Assembly: GCA_963733255.1 (NCBI GenBank)
Contig: CAVTCH010000009.1
Location: 29,694-93,693 of the forward strand
Length of the DNA stretch: 64,000 nucleotides
From: an uncultured Actinomycetes bacterium
Lineage (GTDB): Bacteria; Actinomycetota; Thermoleophilia; UBA2241
Reading direction: 5' to 3'
Every line of letters starts with the position of its first letter. Position 1 is the stretch's first letter. Positions 28,021 through 38,037 of the stretch are shown piece by piece. Position numbers and translations under genes: made by a program. Below the pieces are notes generated by a model. It searched no databases and was not told the origin of the DNA. It saw nothing but the letters and a program-made list of their open reading frames with translations.

Positions 28021-28716
28021 ATGACAGGCGAGCAAGGCAAACGCGATGACGATGTCTCTGTGTTTCCGGTGGAGCGCGAGCTGGTGACTCCACGAGCCGC
28101 GGGGGTGGCCGGCATCGTCTTTGCGGGGCTGTTCGTGGGCTCGATCCTCGCTCTGCGCACCGCGACGGGACGCTCGCTCAGCGTCCAGACGGTGATCCGC
28201 AACATTTCCGGCCACCACTCCACGCTGGCCGTGGTGGGCCTGTACCTGACGTTCTTCGCAGGGGTGGCCTTCCTGTGGTTCATGGCCGTGCTGCGCGATC
28301 GCATCGGACGCCGCGAGGACAAGTTCTTCGCGACCGTGTTCATGGGCAGCGGACTACTCTTCGTCGGCCTCTTTCTGGCGGGGGCCGCCGCCACCGGTGG
28401 CCTCGCCGCCGGATTCCGGTTTGGCACAGACGCCTCGCTCGACGCGGCCGTGGTGGGCTATGCGCGCTCGATCGGCTACGCGTTTCTGCTGGTGTTCGCC
28501 ACCAAGGCGGCGGGCGTGTTCACGATCGTCACCTCGACGATGCTGCTCCGTCTGGCACACTGGCCGCGCTGGACCGCGTTCTCGGGCTACGCCGCCGCGC
28601 TCGTGCTGGTGTTCAGCGTCACCTTCTTCGAGCCGGTCATTCTGGTGTTCCCGGCTTGGGTCACGGCCATGAGCGTCTACGTCCTGCTCACAGGTGGAAG
28701 CAGGGAAGCCGCGTGA
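28021..28716 (+). CDS. hypothetical polytopic membrane protein (5-6 TM)
   Basis: Hydrophobic helices throughout; AAGGAG SD before ATG 28021. Confidence 0.5.
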   Translation: MTGEQGKRDDDVSVFPVERELVTPRAAGVAGIVFAGLFVGSILALRTATGRSLSVQTVIRNISGHHSTLAVVGLYLTFFAGVAFLWFMAVLRDRIGRREDKFFATVFMGSGLLFVGLFLAGAAATGGLAAGFRFGTDASLDAAVVGYARSIGYAFLLVFATKAAGVFTIVTSTMLLRLAHWPRWTAFSGYAAALVLVFSVTFFEPVILVFPAWVTAMSVYVLLTGGSREAA

Positions 28717-28732
28717 GTCTCCGCCGGCCTGC

Positions 28733-28790
28733 GCCGCCCTGAGCGTCACCCGAGACAGCCCCGACCTGGAGACTCTCACCCTGGCCGGAG
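28733..28790. repeat. reverse-complement partial E1 repeat (junction of tandem E1 units)
   Basis: Reverse complement matches ...GGTCTCCAGGTCGGGGCTGTCTCGGGTGACGCTCAGGGCGG. Confidence 0.5.
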
Positions 28791-28799
28791 CGTCACTCG

Positions 28800-30470
28800 C
28801 TACGCTGTGAATCCCTCCGCTCGGTACACCTCGTCGCCGCCGAAGACGGTGAGCAGGACGCTGGCCTCGCCGATCTGCTCGGGCGGCGCCGTGAGGATGT
28901 TGGTGTCGAGCACGATCAGGTCGGCCGACTTGCCGGGCGCGAGCGAGCCGGTCTCGCTGTCCAGACGGTGGGCGCGGGCGCCGGCGATCGTGAAGCTGTC
29001 GATCATCTGCTCGACCGAGACCCGCTCCTCGGGCCAGAGGACGTCGCCGGGGGCGGCTTCGCCGGCGGCCCAGCGCATGACCCCGACCTGGATGCCGACC
29101 AGCGGGTCGGGCGGCACCGTCACGGGGAAGTCGCTGGCAGAAGCGACGGGTACGCCGGCCGCGAAGAAGCTCGCCATGGGGTACTCGCGCTCGGCGCGCT
29201 CGAGGCCAAGGTAGGGCACCTGGAGGTCGTAGAAGTAGTCGTCGCGCAGGAACCAGTAGGGGTTGAGCACGGCGGTCACGCCGAGGGCGGCGAAGCGCTC
29301 TATGTCGCCGGGGCGCGTGAGCTGCACGTGGGTGATCGCCGGGCGGTCGCCGCCCAGGCCGGCGGCGCGGGCGGCGGCGATGGCGTCGAGCGCGGCCGCT
29401 GTGCCGGCGTCGCCGATGGCGTGGTAGTGGAGCTCGAAGCCGGCGGCGGACGCCGCGACCGACGCCGCCTCGAGCGCGCCCTGCGGCCATTCCGGAAAGC
29501 CGCGGTCGTCGGGCGTGTCGGCGTAGGGTTCGTCCAGGTAGGCGGTGTGGCCCTCGATGACGCCGTCGGCGAAGAACTTGACGGTGTCGGCGGCAAACAG
29601 CGCGCCGGTGTGGCGACGGCGCTCGGTCGCCGCGGCCCGCAGCTGCTCGTCGACGGGCAGGTCGGAGCGCAGCCAGAAGCCGGCCCTGAAGCGCGCCGTG
29701 AGCTCGCCGTCGCGCTGCAGCCGTTCGAAGGCGTCGAAGCCCGGCTCGCCGGCCACGAGCATGGGGTCGAAGACCGTCGTCAGGCCCAGCGGGCCGGCGA
29801 CCTTGCGCTGATAGAAGCGGATGCCCTCGGCGAACTGGTCGGCCGTGAACGCCGTGACGGCTCCCCGCACGAGCTGCTGGGCGCCCTCGCGCAACGTGCC
29901 GCTGGGGGCGCGGGTCGCGGGGTCGCGCTCGATCACGCCGTTGGCCGGGTCGGGGGTGTCGGGCCCGATGCCGGAGAGCCGCAGTGCCGCGCTGTTGACC
30001 CACAGCGAGTGGCCGTCCTCGGACACGAGAAGGGCCGGCCGGTCGGCCACGACGGCGTCGAGGGCGGCCGCCGTGGGTCCGTGGCCGGGCACGACGACGT
30101 TGCTCCAGCCCGCGCCGAAGACGACGGGCAGCTCGGGGTGGGAGGCGCTGAAGTCGCGCACGGCCGCGAGGTACTGCTCGCTCGAGGTGAGCCCCTTGAG
30201 GCGCACGCCGAAGAGGTCGCCGGTGGTCTCGCTGGCGTGGGCGTGGCTGTCGATGAACCCGGGCAGCACGAGGCGTCCCTCGAGGTCGACGACCCGGGTG
30301 GCGCTGCCGCCGAGCCGCCGCACCACGCCGGCCGGGCCCACGGCGGCGATGCGGCCGCCGGTGACGGCCAGCGCCTCCGCGACGCTGCGGTCGCCGTCGG
30401 CGGTGTAGATCACGCCGTTCACATAGACGGTGTCGACCGCGCGCGGGCCGTCCTGCTCAGTCGCGCTCAT
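28800..30470 (-). CDS. amidohydrolase-family metal-dependent hydrolase (amidohydro_3/YtcJ-like)
   Basis: PGFIDSHAH metal-binding motif near the N-terminus, HYHAIGD and ASDFP motifs. Confidence 0.75.
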   Translation of the reverse strand: MSATEQDGPRAVDTVYVNGVIYTADGDRSVAEALAVTGGRIAAVGPAGVVRRLGGSATRVVDLEGRLVLPGFIDSHAHASETTGDLFGVRLKGLTSSEQYLAAVRDFSASHPELPVVFGAGWSNVVVPGHGPTAAALDAVVADRPALLVSEDGHSLWVNSAALRLSGIGPDTPDPANGVIERDPATRAPSGTLREGAQQLVRGAVTAFTADQFAEGIRFYQRKVAGPLGLTTVFDPMLVAGEPGFDAFERLQRDGELTARFRAGFWLRSDLPVDEQLRAAATERRRHTGALFAADTVKFFADGVIEGHTAYLDEPYADTPDDRGFPEWPQGALEAASVAASAAGFELHYHAIGDAGTAAALDAIAAARAAGLGGDRPAITHVQLTRPGDIERFAALGVTAVLNPYWFLRDDYFYDLQVPYLGLERAEREYPMASFFAAGVPVASASDFPVTVPPDPLVGIQVGVMRWAAGEAAPGDVLWPEERVSVEQMIDSFTIAGARAHRLDSETGSLAPGKSADLIVLDTNILTAPPEQIGEASVLLTVFGGDEVYRAEGFTA

Positions 30471-32410
30471 GCCTCCTCCGCCGTCAGCCGCCGGCGGCGC
30501 GTCGTCCACACGATGAGGCCGGCCGCGACGACGATCACGACCACGGCGACGACGATCCACACGCCCTTGGCGCCGCCGCTGCTCGAGCCGCTGCTCGTGT
30601 TCGGCATCAGGTTGACGTACGAATCGACGGTGGCGGTCGTCACAAAGGCCGGGCCGCGGCCGTGGAACATCGGGGTCCAGCCGGTCCAGCGAGAGGTGTT
30701 GTAGGCCTCGAGGTACTGCGGGTAGACGAGCACGAGCTGCGGGGACTGCTGGTAGAAGATCTGCTGCATCTGCCAGATGAGGTGCTGACGGGTGGTCGGG
30801 TCGAGCGCGGCCGACTGCTCGACATTCAGCTTGTCGAAGGCGGCGTTCGACCAGGCGGGCTCGTTGGTGCCGCCGATCTGCGGCGTCGTGAATGAGGTCA
30901 GTGTCTCGCCGGGGTCGCCGTAGCCGGCCCAGTCGCTCAGGGCCATGTCGAAGTCGGGGGCGAACGTCGTGCCCTTGTAGTTGAACATGCGGGCCAGGAA
31001 GGCGCCGTCGTCCATCACCTGCAGGGTGATCTTGAGGCCGAGCTGCTGGAACCAGCCGGCGATCAGCTTGGCTTCGACCTGGCCCTGCTGAAAGTCGGTC
31101 GTGGTCGCCAGGCGCAGGGTGATCGGCTTGCCCTTGTAGAGACGCAGGCCGTTGGCGCCGCGCGTGTAGCCGGCCGCGTCCAGCATCTGGTTGGCCTTGG
31201 CAATGTCGAAGGTGTAGGTCTCGCCGGCCGGTGGCTGCCAGTGGTAGTCGGGGTCCGACCAGGTGTCGGGCGGCATGATGGTGGTGGCCGGCGCCGCGAG
31301 GCCGTCGTAGGCGACCTTGGCCAGTGTGGCGCGGTTGATCGCGTAGTTCAGGGCGGTGCGAAAGCTCGCGTCGCGCAGCACCGGGTTACCGGTCGAGCTC
31401 GACAGCGTCGAGCAGTTCAGGTCGAGGTAGTCCCAGTTGAAGAAGTTGTAGGCGATCGTGTGGATGCTGCTCATCGCCTTGAGCTGTGAGAACTGGGCCA
31501 CGGGAATGCCCCAGGCTCCGTCGAGCACGCCCGACTTCAGGTCCTGCACCATCGTGTCGGGATTCTGGTACATCTCGAAGTAGATCTGGTCGACGGTCGG
31601 CTTCTTGCCCCAGTAGTAGGGGTTGCGCTTCATCTCGACGTAGGCGCCCTTCCTGAAGGCCACGGTGTAGAAGGGGCCGCTGCCGACGATCGGCGGTGAG
31701 TTCAGGAAGGTCGTGGCTGCCGCCTGCGGTGAGACGTGCTCCCAGACGTGCTTGGGCAGGATCGGCAGGAAGATGTTCTCCATGTTGGCCTTGGGCTGCG
31801 AGCAGTCGATCTCGACGGTGGTCGGGTCGATCTCCTTGGCGCCGGTGATGCCCGTGGTGGTGAGGGCCAGGTTGGCCATGTGGTTCTTGACGATGTAGTT
31901 GTAGGTGAAGGCCACGTCGGCGGCGGTGAGCGGCTGGCCGTCGGACCACTTCACGCCGGGCCGCAGGTGGATCGTCCAGACCTTGCCGTCGGCCGAGATG
32001 CCGCCGTTGGCCTTGGTCGGGTACTGCGCCGCCAGGCTGAGCGTCGGCCGCATCGACTGGCCGTCGAAGCCGAACAGGAAGTTGTAGTTGATCGTCCAGA
32101 TCTCGTAGGTCGTGGTGGCCCAGCCGACGAACGGGTTGAGGTTGTCGGGCTCAGACGTCCAGCCGATCTTGAGGACGACGTTGTTCGACGCGGGCGAGGG
32201 TGACGACGATGCGGCGAGCGCCGCCGCGAGGCCCCAGATCAGGCCGCAGACGAGCACCACCGCGACGATCAGCGCAAGACGGCGGGTGACCCGCCTCGAG
32301 CCCCGGGACCCGCCCGCGCCCCGAGACCGGCTGGAGGCTCGAGACTCGCTGGGGCCCCCGGACCCGCTGGAGCCTCGCGACGTGCCCGAACTACCAGAGC
32401 TGCGCTTCAT
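30467..32410 (-). CDS. ABC transporter substrate-binding protein, family 5 (peptide/nickel type), with N-terminal signal/anchor and predicted C-terminal TM helix
   Basis: SBP_bac_5 N-terminal signature (KIGWTSEPDNLNPFVGWATTTYEIW); C-terminal hydrophobic stretch VWIVVAVVVIVVAAGLIVW. Confidence 0.75.
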   Translation of the reverse strand: MKRSSGSSGTSRGSSGSGGPSESRASSRSRGAGGSRGSRRVTRRLALIVAVVLVCGLIWGLAAALAASSSPSPASNNVVLKIGWTSEPDNLNPFVGWATTTYEIWTINYNFLFGFDGQSMRPTLSLAAQYPTKANGGISADGKVWTIHLRPGVKWSDGQPLTAADVAFTYNYIVKNHMANLALTTTGITGAKEIDPTTVEIDCSQPKANMENIFLPILPKHVWEHVSPQAAATTFLNSPPIVGSGPFYTVAFRKGAYVEMKRNPYYWGKKPTVDQIYFEMYQNPDTMVQDLKSGVLDGAWGIPVAQFSQLKAMSSIHTIAYNFFNWDYLDLNCSTLSSSTGNPVLRDASFRTALNYAINRATLAKVAYDGLAAPATTIMPPDTWSDPDYHWQPPAGETYTFDIAKANQMLDAAGYTRGANGLRLYKGKPITLRLATTTDFQQGQVEAKLIAGWFQQLGLKITLQVMDDGAFLARMFNYKGTTFAPDFDMALSDWAGYGDPGETLTSFTTPQIGGTNEPAWSNAAFDKLNVEQSAALDPTTRQHLIWQMQQIFYQQSPQLVLVYPQYLEAYNTSRWTGWTPMFHGRGPAFVTTATVDSYVNLMPNTSSGSSSGGAKGVWIVVAVVVIVVAAGLIVWTTRRRRLTAEEA

Positions 32411-33819
32411 GTCGTCCTCCTTGGCCGGTCAGGCCGGTCGGCTGAGGTCGCATACCAGGGATGAGCACGTTCGAAGGCGGTGGCGGCGGCGAAGACGCTG
32501 ACGTCGTCGAACGTCCGCCCCACGATCTGCAGGCCGATGGGCACGCCGCTCGCGGCGCGGGCCGCCGGCACCACGAGGACGGGGCAGCGGCTGCACATGT
32601 TGAACGGGAACGTGAGGGCGCGGTCGAAGACCACGTCGATGTCGTAGTCGCCGGCGGCCGGCAGGGCCGGTTCGGTGAAGGTCGGGCAGATCAGCAGGTC
32701 GTGGTCTTCGAACACGGCCGCCAGGTGACCGTAGGTCTCGCCTTCGACGGCGAGCGACTCGAAGTAGCCCATCGTCTCGCGGCGCACGGCGTCTTCGGCG
32801 AACTCGATCGCGTAGGCCGTGAGCAGCTCGCGATGCTGGGCCAGGATCTCGCCGATCCAGGCGCCGAAGATGATCGACAGGTGGGCGCGGGCCGCTTCGC
32901 GCATGGCGTCGAGCGACCAGCCCAGCCCGACCTCGTCGACGGTGGCGCCCAGCCCGCGGAACGTGTCGGCGGCGGCGCGCGCGGCGGCCGCGACCTCGTC
33001 GCTGACGTCGAAGCCGCCGAGGTCGACGCTGCAGGCGATCCTCATGCCGGCCACCGGCGGCAGCTCCGCCGGGATGGTGAGCTTGGGCCGCAGCGAGGCG
33101 ATGTCTTCGGGGTGCGGCCCGGCCATGACGTTCTCGAGCACGCGGCAGTCGTCGACCGAGCGCGCCAGCGGCCCCTCGTGACAGTAGTGATCGAGGTTGA
33201 AGGGCGGAAGCTGTGGCACCCGGCCGTAGGGCGGCTTGAAACCGACCACCCCGCAAAACGAGGCGGGAATGCGGATGGACCCGCCGATGTCGGAGCCGGT
33301 GGCGAGGGTCGCCATGCCGGCCGCCAGCGCGGCGCCCGAGCCGCCCGACGAGCCGCCCGGGCTGAAGTCGAGGTTCCAGGGGTTGCGCGTCACGCCCCAT
33401 AGCCGCGACTCGGTGATCGCCGCGCAGCAGAACTCGGGGGTCGTGGTGCGCACGTGGATGATGCCGCCGGCGTCGATCACCCGCTGCACGCTGCCGGCCG
33501 TGATCTCGGCGATCTCGTCCTTGAAGACGAGCGAGCCGGCGGTGCAGGGCTGGCCGGCCACTTCGACCTCGTCCTTGACGGCGACGGGGATGCCTTCGAG
33601 CGGCCGCGGCTCGCCGCCCTTGCCGGCGAAGCGCGCCTCGGCCCGCCGGGCCGCCTGCAAGGCGTCGTCGAAGAAGCGGATGGGAACGGCGTTGACCTCG
33701 GGGTCGACCGCCTCGATGCGGGCGATCGTCGCCTCCATGAGCTCGACTGGCGAGAGTTCACGGTTAACAAACAGCCGGCGTGCCTCGCCGGCTGTCAGGT
33801 AGTGCAGCTCGTCGGCCAC
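32407..33819 (-). CDS. amidase (amidase-signature family)
   Basis: GGSSGGSGAALAAGMATLATGSDIGGSIRIPA AS motif; GTG start after AAGGGGGGG. Confidence 0.8.
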   Translation of the reverse strand: MADELHYLTAGEARRLFVNRELSPVELMEATIARIEAVDPEVNAVPIRFFDDALQAARRAEARFAGKGGEPRPLEGIPVAVKDEVEVAGQPCTAGSLVFKDEIAEITAGSVQRVIDAGGIIHVRTTTPEFCCAAITESRLWGVTRNPWNLDFSPGGSSGGSGAALAAGMATLATGSDIGGSIRIPASFCGVVGFKPPYGRVPQLPPFNLDHYCHEGPLARSVDDCRVLENVMAGPHPEDIASLRPKLTIPAELPPVAGMRIACSVDLGGFDVSDEVAAAARAAADTFRGLGATVDEVGLGWSLDAMREAARAHLSIIFGAWIGEILAQHRELLTAYAIEFAEDAVRRETMGYFESLAVEGETYGHLAAVFEDHDLLICPTFTEPALPAAGDYDIDVVFDRALTFPFNMCSRCPVLVVPAARAASGVPIGLQIVGRTFDDVSVFAAATAFERAHPWYATSADRPDRPRRTT

Positions 33820-33901
33820 CTGGGCCCCCCTTGTCGACGCGGACGAGTGCTGTCTCTGCGGACAGCGTAAACCTTCGCCCGGGGCGAAGGTCAAGGGGCG
33901 G

Positions 33902-34738
33902 TTACGCGGCGTCCGACCCCCGGGGCTGCACGGGCCAGGTGATCTCGGTCACGTAGCGCTGGGGATCGTCGGTGTCGCGCTCGTCGACCAGGTACGACTC
34001 GCGTACCGGGCCGCTGACGTCATAGCCGCGGCGCGCGATCTCGGCCAGCATCGCCGAATAGGCTTGCCAGATGGTGTCCCACGGTCCGCGAAAGAGGGTC
34101 TGCATGGCGCCGCCGCCGGGGAGCTGCCGGCCGCCGTGCGCCGCGGCCACCGCCTGCTCGACGGGCAGGCAGACCTCGAGGTCGAGCCCCTGATACCACT
34201 GCAGGGCGTTGTAGTAGAGGACGAACTCGCGGCCGGCGGCGCGAGCGCCGCCGTCCGCGAGTTCGTCCGCGAGCGTCACGAGACAGCTCTCGATCACCTC
34301 GTCGAGCCGCGGACGCACCGCCTGTGTCCGGCGGCTGACGACCCAGCCCGGCTTGAGCGCGACCACACCGATCTCGTAGGGCAGCAGGCCGCGCTCCTCG
34401 TGGAGGGCCGCGTCGATGCGGGCCAGGACGCCTTCGAGCTCGCTGCGTCGCTCGACGATGCGTTCGCGGTGATGAGTCAGCACCGCCTTCAGCTCGTGGG
34501 GACCGCCGGAGCCGAGCAGCGCCCTGATCTCGTCGAGCGGCACGTCGAGGTCGCGCAGCAGTCCGATCAGCAGGCCGGTGTCGAGCTGCTCTATGGCGTA
34601 CAGGCGATAGCCGGTGAACGGGTCGGTGAAGGCCGGCGAGAGCAGGCCGCTCTCGTCGTAGCGGCGCAGGGTGTTGGCCGAGATGCCGGTCAGCCCGGCG
34701 AACCTGCCGATGGAGATGTGGTGACCGTGGTCGACCAT
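33902..34738 (-). CDS. MerR-family transcriptional regulator with GyrI-like effector-binding domain (BmrR/TipA-like)
   Basis: N-terminal HTH ISIGRFAGLTGISANTLRRYDESGLL and a coiled coil followed by a ligand-binding domain. Confidence 0.75.
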   Translation of the reverse strand: MVDHGHHISIGRFAGLTGISANTLRRYDESGLLSPAFTDPFTGYRLYAIEQLDTGLLIGLLRDLDVPLDEIRALLGSGGPHELKAVLTHHRERIVERRSELEGVLARIDAALHEERGLLPYEIGVVALKPGWVVSRRTQAVRPRLDEVIESCLVTLADELADGGARAAGREFVLYYNALQWYQGLDLEVCLPVEQAVAAAHGGRQLPGGGAMQTLFRGPWDTIWQAYSAMLAEIARRGYDVSGPVRESYLVDERDTDDPQRYVTEITWPVQPRGSDAA

Positions 34739-34899
34739 CGCCGTCCTGACCGGGGGAACATCGCTTCGCCTTGTGGACAGCGATGTGGGCTCAGGAATCG
34801 CCGTCGTTCTTAGCGGTGGCCACAGTGTACTACCGGTCAGGACTCGGTAGAGGAGGACGGGGCCGGCGGCTTTGCCGCCGGCCCCGTCCGCTCGCCGGT

Positions 34900-36687
34900 C
34901 TATACCTCGCAGGTCCCCAGGACCTCGTCGCAGGGCTGCGCGCGGCCCTCGGTGACGACCGAGCTTAGACGCCAGTGTCCGGTCCAGGTCGTGATGAGCG
35001 CGACCACGAAGCCTGTCAGCACCATGGCGCCGGCCACTCTGAAGCCGGTCGAGAAGCCGGTCGTCAGGGCCTCGTTCACGATGTGGACGGGCAGGCCCGG
35101 GATGGCGCTCGCCGTCGAGCCGGCGGCCGCTGCCGCTGTGCTACTGCCGGCGCCGGCGGCCGCGCCGCTCGCCGCGCCGCTGCCGGCTCCCGTCGCCGCG
35201 ACGGCCGCCACCTGGCTCGCGGCGCTGTGGGCGACCTGTGTCCAGGCGATCGTGCCGACCGCGGCGAGGCCTATGGCGCCGCCGAGCTGCTGGCCTATGT
35301 TGATCCCGCTCGACGCGACGCCGGCCTCCTGGGGCGCGACGCGCGACACGACCGTGAGCGTGAGCGGCACCATCATGCAGCCCATGCCGGCGCTGACCAG
35401 CAGCATCCCGGGCAGCAGGTTTGGCCAGTAGTGTCCGTCGGGGTTGAGTCGCGACAGCCACAGAAAGCCGAGACCGGCCAGCAGCGGCCCCAGCATGAGC
35501 AGCGGCCGCACGCCCACGCGCGCGACCAGGACCCGGGCCACGAGTGTGCTGACGATGATGATCGTGATGGGGAAGGGCACCCAGGCGAGCCCGGTGCGCA
35601 CGGCGCTGTAGCCGTACACCTCCTGGATGTAGATGGTGAGGAAGAAGAACACCGAAAAGACGCCGGTGAACAGCAGCAGCATCATGATGTAGGCGCCTGC
35701 GCGACGGCGCGATTGGAGCAGATGCAGCGGCAGCTCGGGGTGGCTGCTGCGACGCTCGATCGCCACGAAGGTGACGAGCAGCGCCGCGGCCGCGACCAGC
35801 GCGCCGATGGTGACGGGGCTGCCCCAGTGCGAGACCCCGTTGCTGCCGGCGGCGGCGTGCGTCAGGCCGTAGACCAGCAGCGCGAGACCGGCGCAGCTCG
35901 TCAGCACTCCCGGTATGTCGAGACGCAGTCGTGAACGCGGCGTCGACACGAGGGCGATCGGCGCCAGGGCGACCACGACGATGCCGATGGGCACGTTGAC
36001 GAAGAACACCCAGCGCCACGATTCGTAGGTCGTGAGGATGCCGCCGAGCAGCAGGCCCACGGCGCCGCCGGCGCCGCTCATGGCGGCGTAGACGCCGAAG
36101 GCCCGGTTGCGCGGCGGTCCGGCCGGGAACGTCGTGGCGATCAGCGCGAGCGCGGTCGGCGCGGCCAGCGCGCCGCCGGCGCCTTGCACCACGCGGGCTG
36201 CCAGGATCCACCACTCGCCCGTGGCGAGGCCGCCGGCCAGCGAGCCCAGCGAGAAGACGACGATGCCGGCGATGAACACGCGGCGGCGGCCGTAGATGTC
36301 GCCCAGACGGCCGCCGAGCAGCAGCAGGCTGCCGAAGGCCAGCGAGTACGCCGTGACGACCCACTCCAGACCGGTGCCGCTGAAATTGAGGGCGCGCTGA
36401 ATGTGCGGCAGCGCGACGTTCACGATGGTGGCGTCGAGCACGATCATGAGCTGCGCCGCGGCGATCACCACCAGTGCGAGGCCCAGGCTGCGCGGCGCGC
36501 GGGCGGCGGGTGGCGCCGGCGCGACGCGTGGTGCGGGCGGCGCGCTGCGTGGCGCGGGTGACGCGTTCGCGACGGGCGCGTCGGCTCTCAGCGAGGATTG
36601 CGCCGCGGGCGATGCGTACCTTGCGGGCGACGCGGGTGGATCGGGTGGCGATCCGCCGGCAGCGCTCGGCAGGGGTTCTGAGGACAT
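34900..36687 (-). CDS. MFS drug:H+ antiporter (DHA2/EmrB family, 14 TM) with Pro/Ala-rich N-terminal extension
   Basis: LDATIVNVALP...GRLGDIYGRRR motifs; GGAGGAG SD. Confidence 0.85.
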   Translation of the reverse strand: MSSEPLPSAAGGSPPDPPASPARYASPAAQSSLRADAPVANASPAPRSAPPAPRVAPAPPAARAPRSLGLALVVIAAAQLMIVLDATIVNVALPHIQRALNFSGTGLEWVVTAYSLAFGSLLLLGGRLGDIYGRRRVFIAGIVVFSLGSLAGGLATGEWWILAARVVQGAGGALAAPTALALIATTFPAGPPRNRAFGVYAAMSGAGGAVGLLLGGILTTYESWRWVFFVNVPIGIVVVALAPIALVSTPRSRLRLDIPGVLTSCAGLALLVYGLTHAAAGSNGVSHWGSPVTIGALVAAAALLVTFVAIERRSSHPELPLHLLQSRRRAGAYIMMLLLFTGVFSVFFFLTIYIQEVYGYSAVRTGLAWVPFPITIIIVSTLVARVLVARVGVRPLLMLGPLLAGLGFLWLSRLNPDGHYWPNLLPGMLLVSAGMGCMMVPLTLTVVSRVAPQEAGVASSGINIGQQLGGAIGLAAVGTIAWTQVAHSAASQVAAVAATGAGSGAASGAAAGAGSSTAAAAAGSTASAIPGLPVHIVNEALTTGFSTGFRVAGAMVLTGFVVALITTWTGHWRLSSVVTEGRAQPCDEVLGTCEV

Positions 36688-36832
36688 GTGGCTCCTCCAC
36701 GGATAGACGGTCGGCGCGGGCCACGATGGAGACTCGGGTTTCGCGCGACCGCAGAAGAACGAGATGGTTTCTGGTCAGGTTCCTCGCCGTGAGCCGGGCA
36801 AAACCAGCAGATCCGCCGGCGGGCGCGCGGGC

Positions 36833-37477
36833 CTACGCGGGCGTTGAGCTCATCTCTACGAGCGTCTTGACGGTGCGCCAGTTCCTGGTGGTGGCCGGCG
36901 TGCGCAGGACGCGCTCGAAGTAGGCGTTGTTCAGCTTCGAGCGCCCGTAGCCGTGGGGAAGCCGCAGGTAGACGACGCGATCGTGCAGGACGGCCTGCTC
37001 GCCTTCCTGAGCGGGCAGCTTCAGGGCTGCGAAGGCGGCTTCGGTGTCGGCTCCGGCTTTGGCCCCGGCCTCGGTTTCGGCCCCGGCTGCCTGCTCAGCG
37101 AGGAACGTGACGTGCAGCGTCTTCTCGTCGGCGCCGCTCGCCGCGAACGGGTTCGCGGCCGCGATCCCGGCGAACTCCGCCGCCGTGAGGACGAGCACGG
37201 TGACGTCGAGACCGGCCTGGTCGGCGATCAGGCTCGCGATGGTCGCCGCGTGCGCCCGCGCCGTCTGCACCGGCGACCTGTGCGCGAGCACAGCCTTCGC
37301 CGGCGCCGCCTTCGCCGGCGGGTCGTCGGCGGCGGCGCGGAACACGACGTTGCCGCTCTGCACGTAGGTCTGCACACCCTCAAAGCCGAGACCGGTCAGC
37401 CCGCCGCGCAGGGCGGCCATGTCGACCTTGTTGCCGGCGACGTTCACGGCTCGCAGCAGGGCGACGAAGGTGCTCAT
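36833..37477 (-). CDS. DUF1697-family protein
   Basis: MSTFVALLRAVNVAGNKV conserved N-terminus. Confidence 0.6.
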   Translation of the reverse strand: MSTFVALLRAVNVAGNKVDMAALRGGLTGLGFEGVQTYVQSGNVVFRAAADDPPAKAAPAKAVLAHRSPVQTARAHAATIASLIADQAGLDVTVLVLTAAEFAGIAAANPFAASGADEKTLHVTFLAEQAAGAETEAGAKAGADTEAAFAALKLPAQEGEQAVLHDRVVYLRLPHGYGRSKLNNAYFERVLRTPATTRNWRTVKTLVEMSSTPA

Positions 37478-37548
37478 CGCTGGGCCGCCTCGGCTCCGAG
37501 CGGGGCAACGGACATCGTCATCAAGGCGCCACCTCGGATCGCGCCCCT

Positions 37549-38037
37549 TCAGATCACCGGCGGCCGGTGCCGCGCCGGCGGGCGGTGCGCCGCGAACCAC
37601 TCCTGGTGCGGCGGCACGGGGCGATCGATCGTCCACAGGAACAGGTAGGCGCCGTTGTCGCCCACGAAGCGAAACTCGCGCCGCAGCCCGGCGACCGTCT
37701 CCTCGAACGAGTCGAACGAGTCGAGCCAGCCGGCAAAGCCGCCGGGCTCGCCGTCGAGCTCGAGCAGACGCTCGGCGTTCTGGATCGTCGCCTCGAGCTT
37801 CTTGCGGTTGCGGATCACGCGCGGATCGTCGACCAGGCGCTCGACGTCGTCGGGCGTCATGGCGGCCACCTCGGCCGGGTCGAAGCCGTGAAAGGCCGCG
37901 CTGATGTCGGTCCACTTCGCCTCGACGACCCGGTAGCTCATGCCCGTCGAAAAGACCGGGCGGCTCAGCGCTTCGAGGTAGCCGGTCAGCGAGGTCGGCC
38001 TGGCGGGGCTCCAGCCCGGGGCTGCGGTCGGACTCAT
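37549..38037 (-). CDS. tag: DNA-3-methyladenine glycosylase I
   Basis: Adenine_glyco family motifs (VIRNRKKLEATIQNA, WTIDRPVP). Confidence 0.65.
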   Translation of the reverse strand: MSPTAAPGWSPARPTSLTGYLEALSRPVFSTGMSYRVVEAKWTDISAAFHGFDPAEVAAMTPDDVERLVDDPRVIRNRKKLEATIQNAERLLELDGEPGGFAGWLDSFDSFEETVAGLRREFRFVGDNGAYLFLWTIDRPVPPHQEWFAAHRPPARHRPPVI

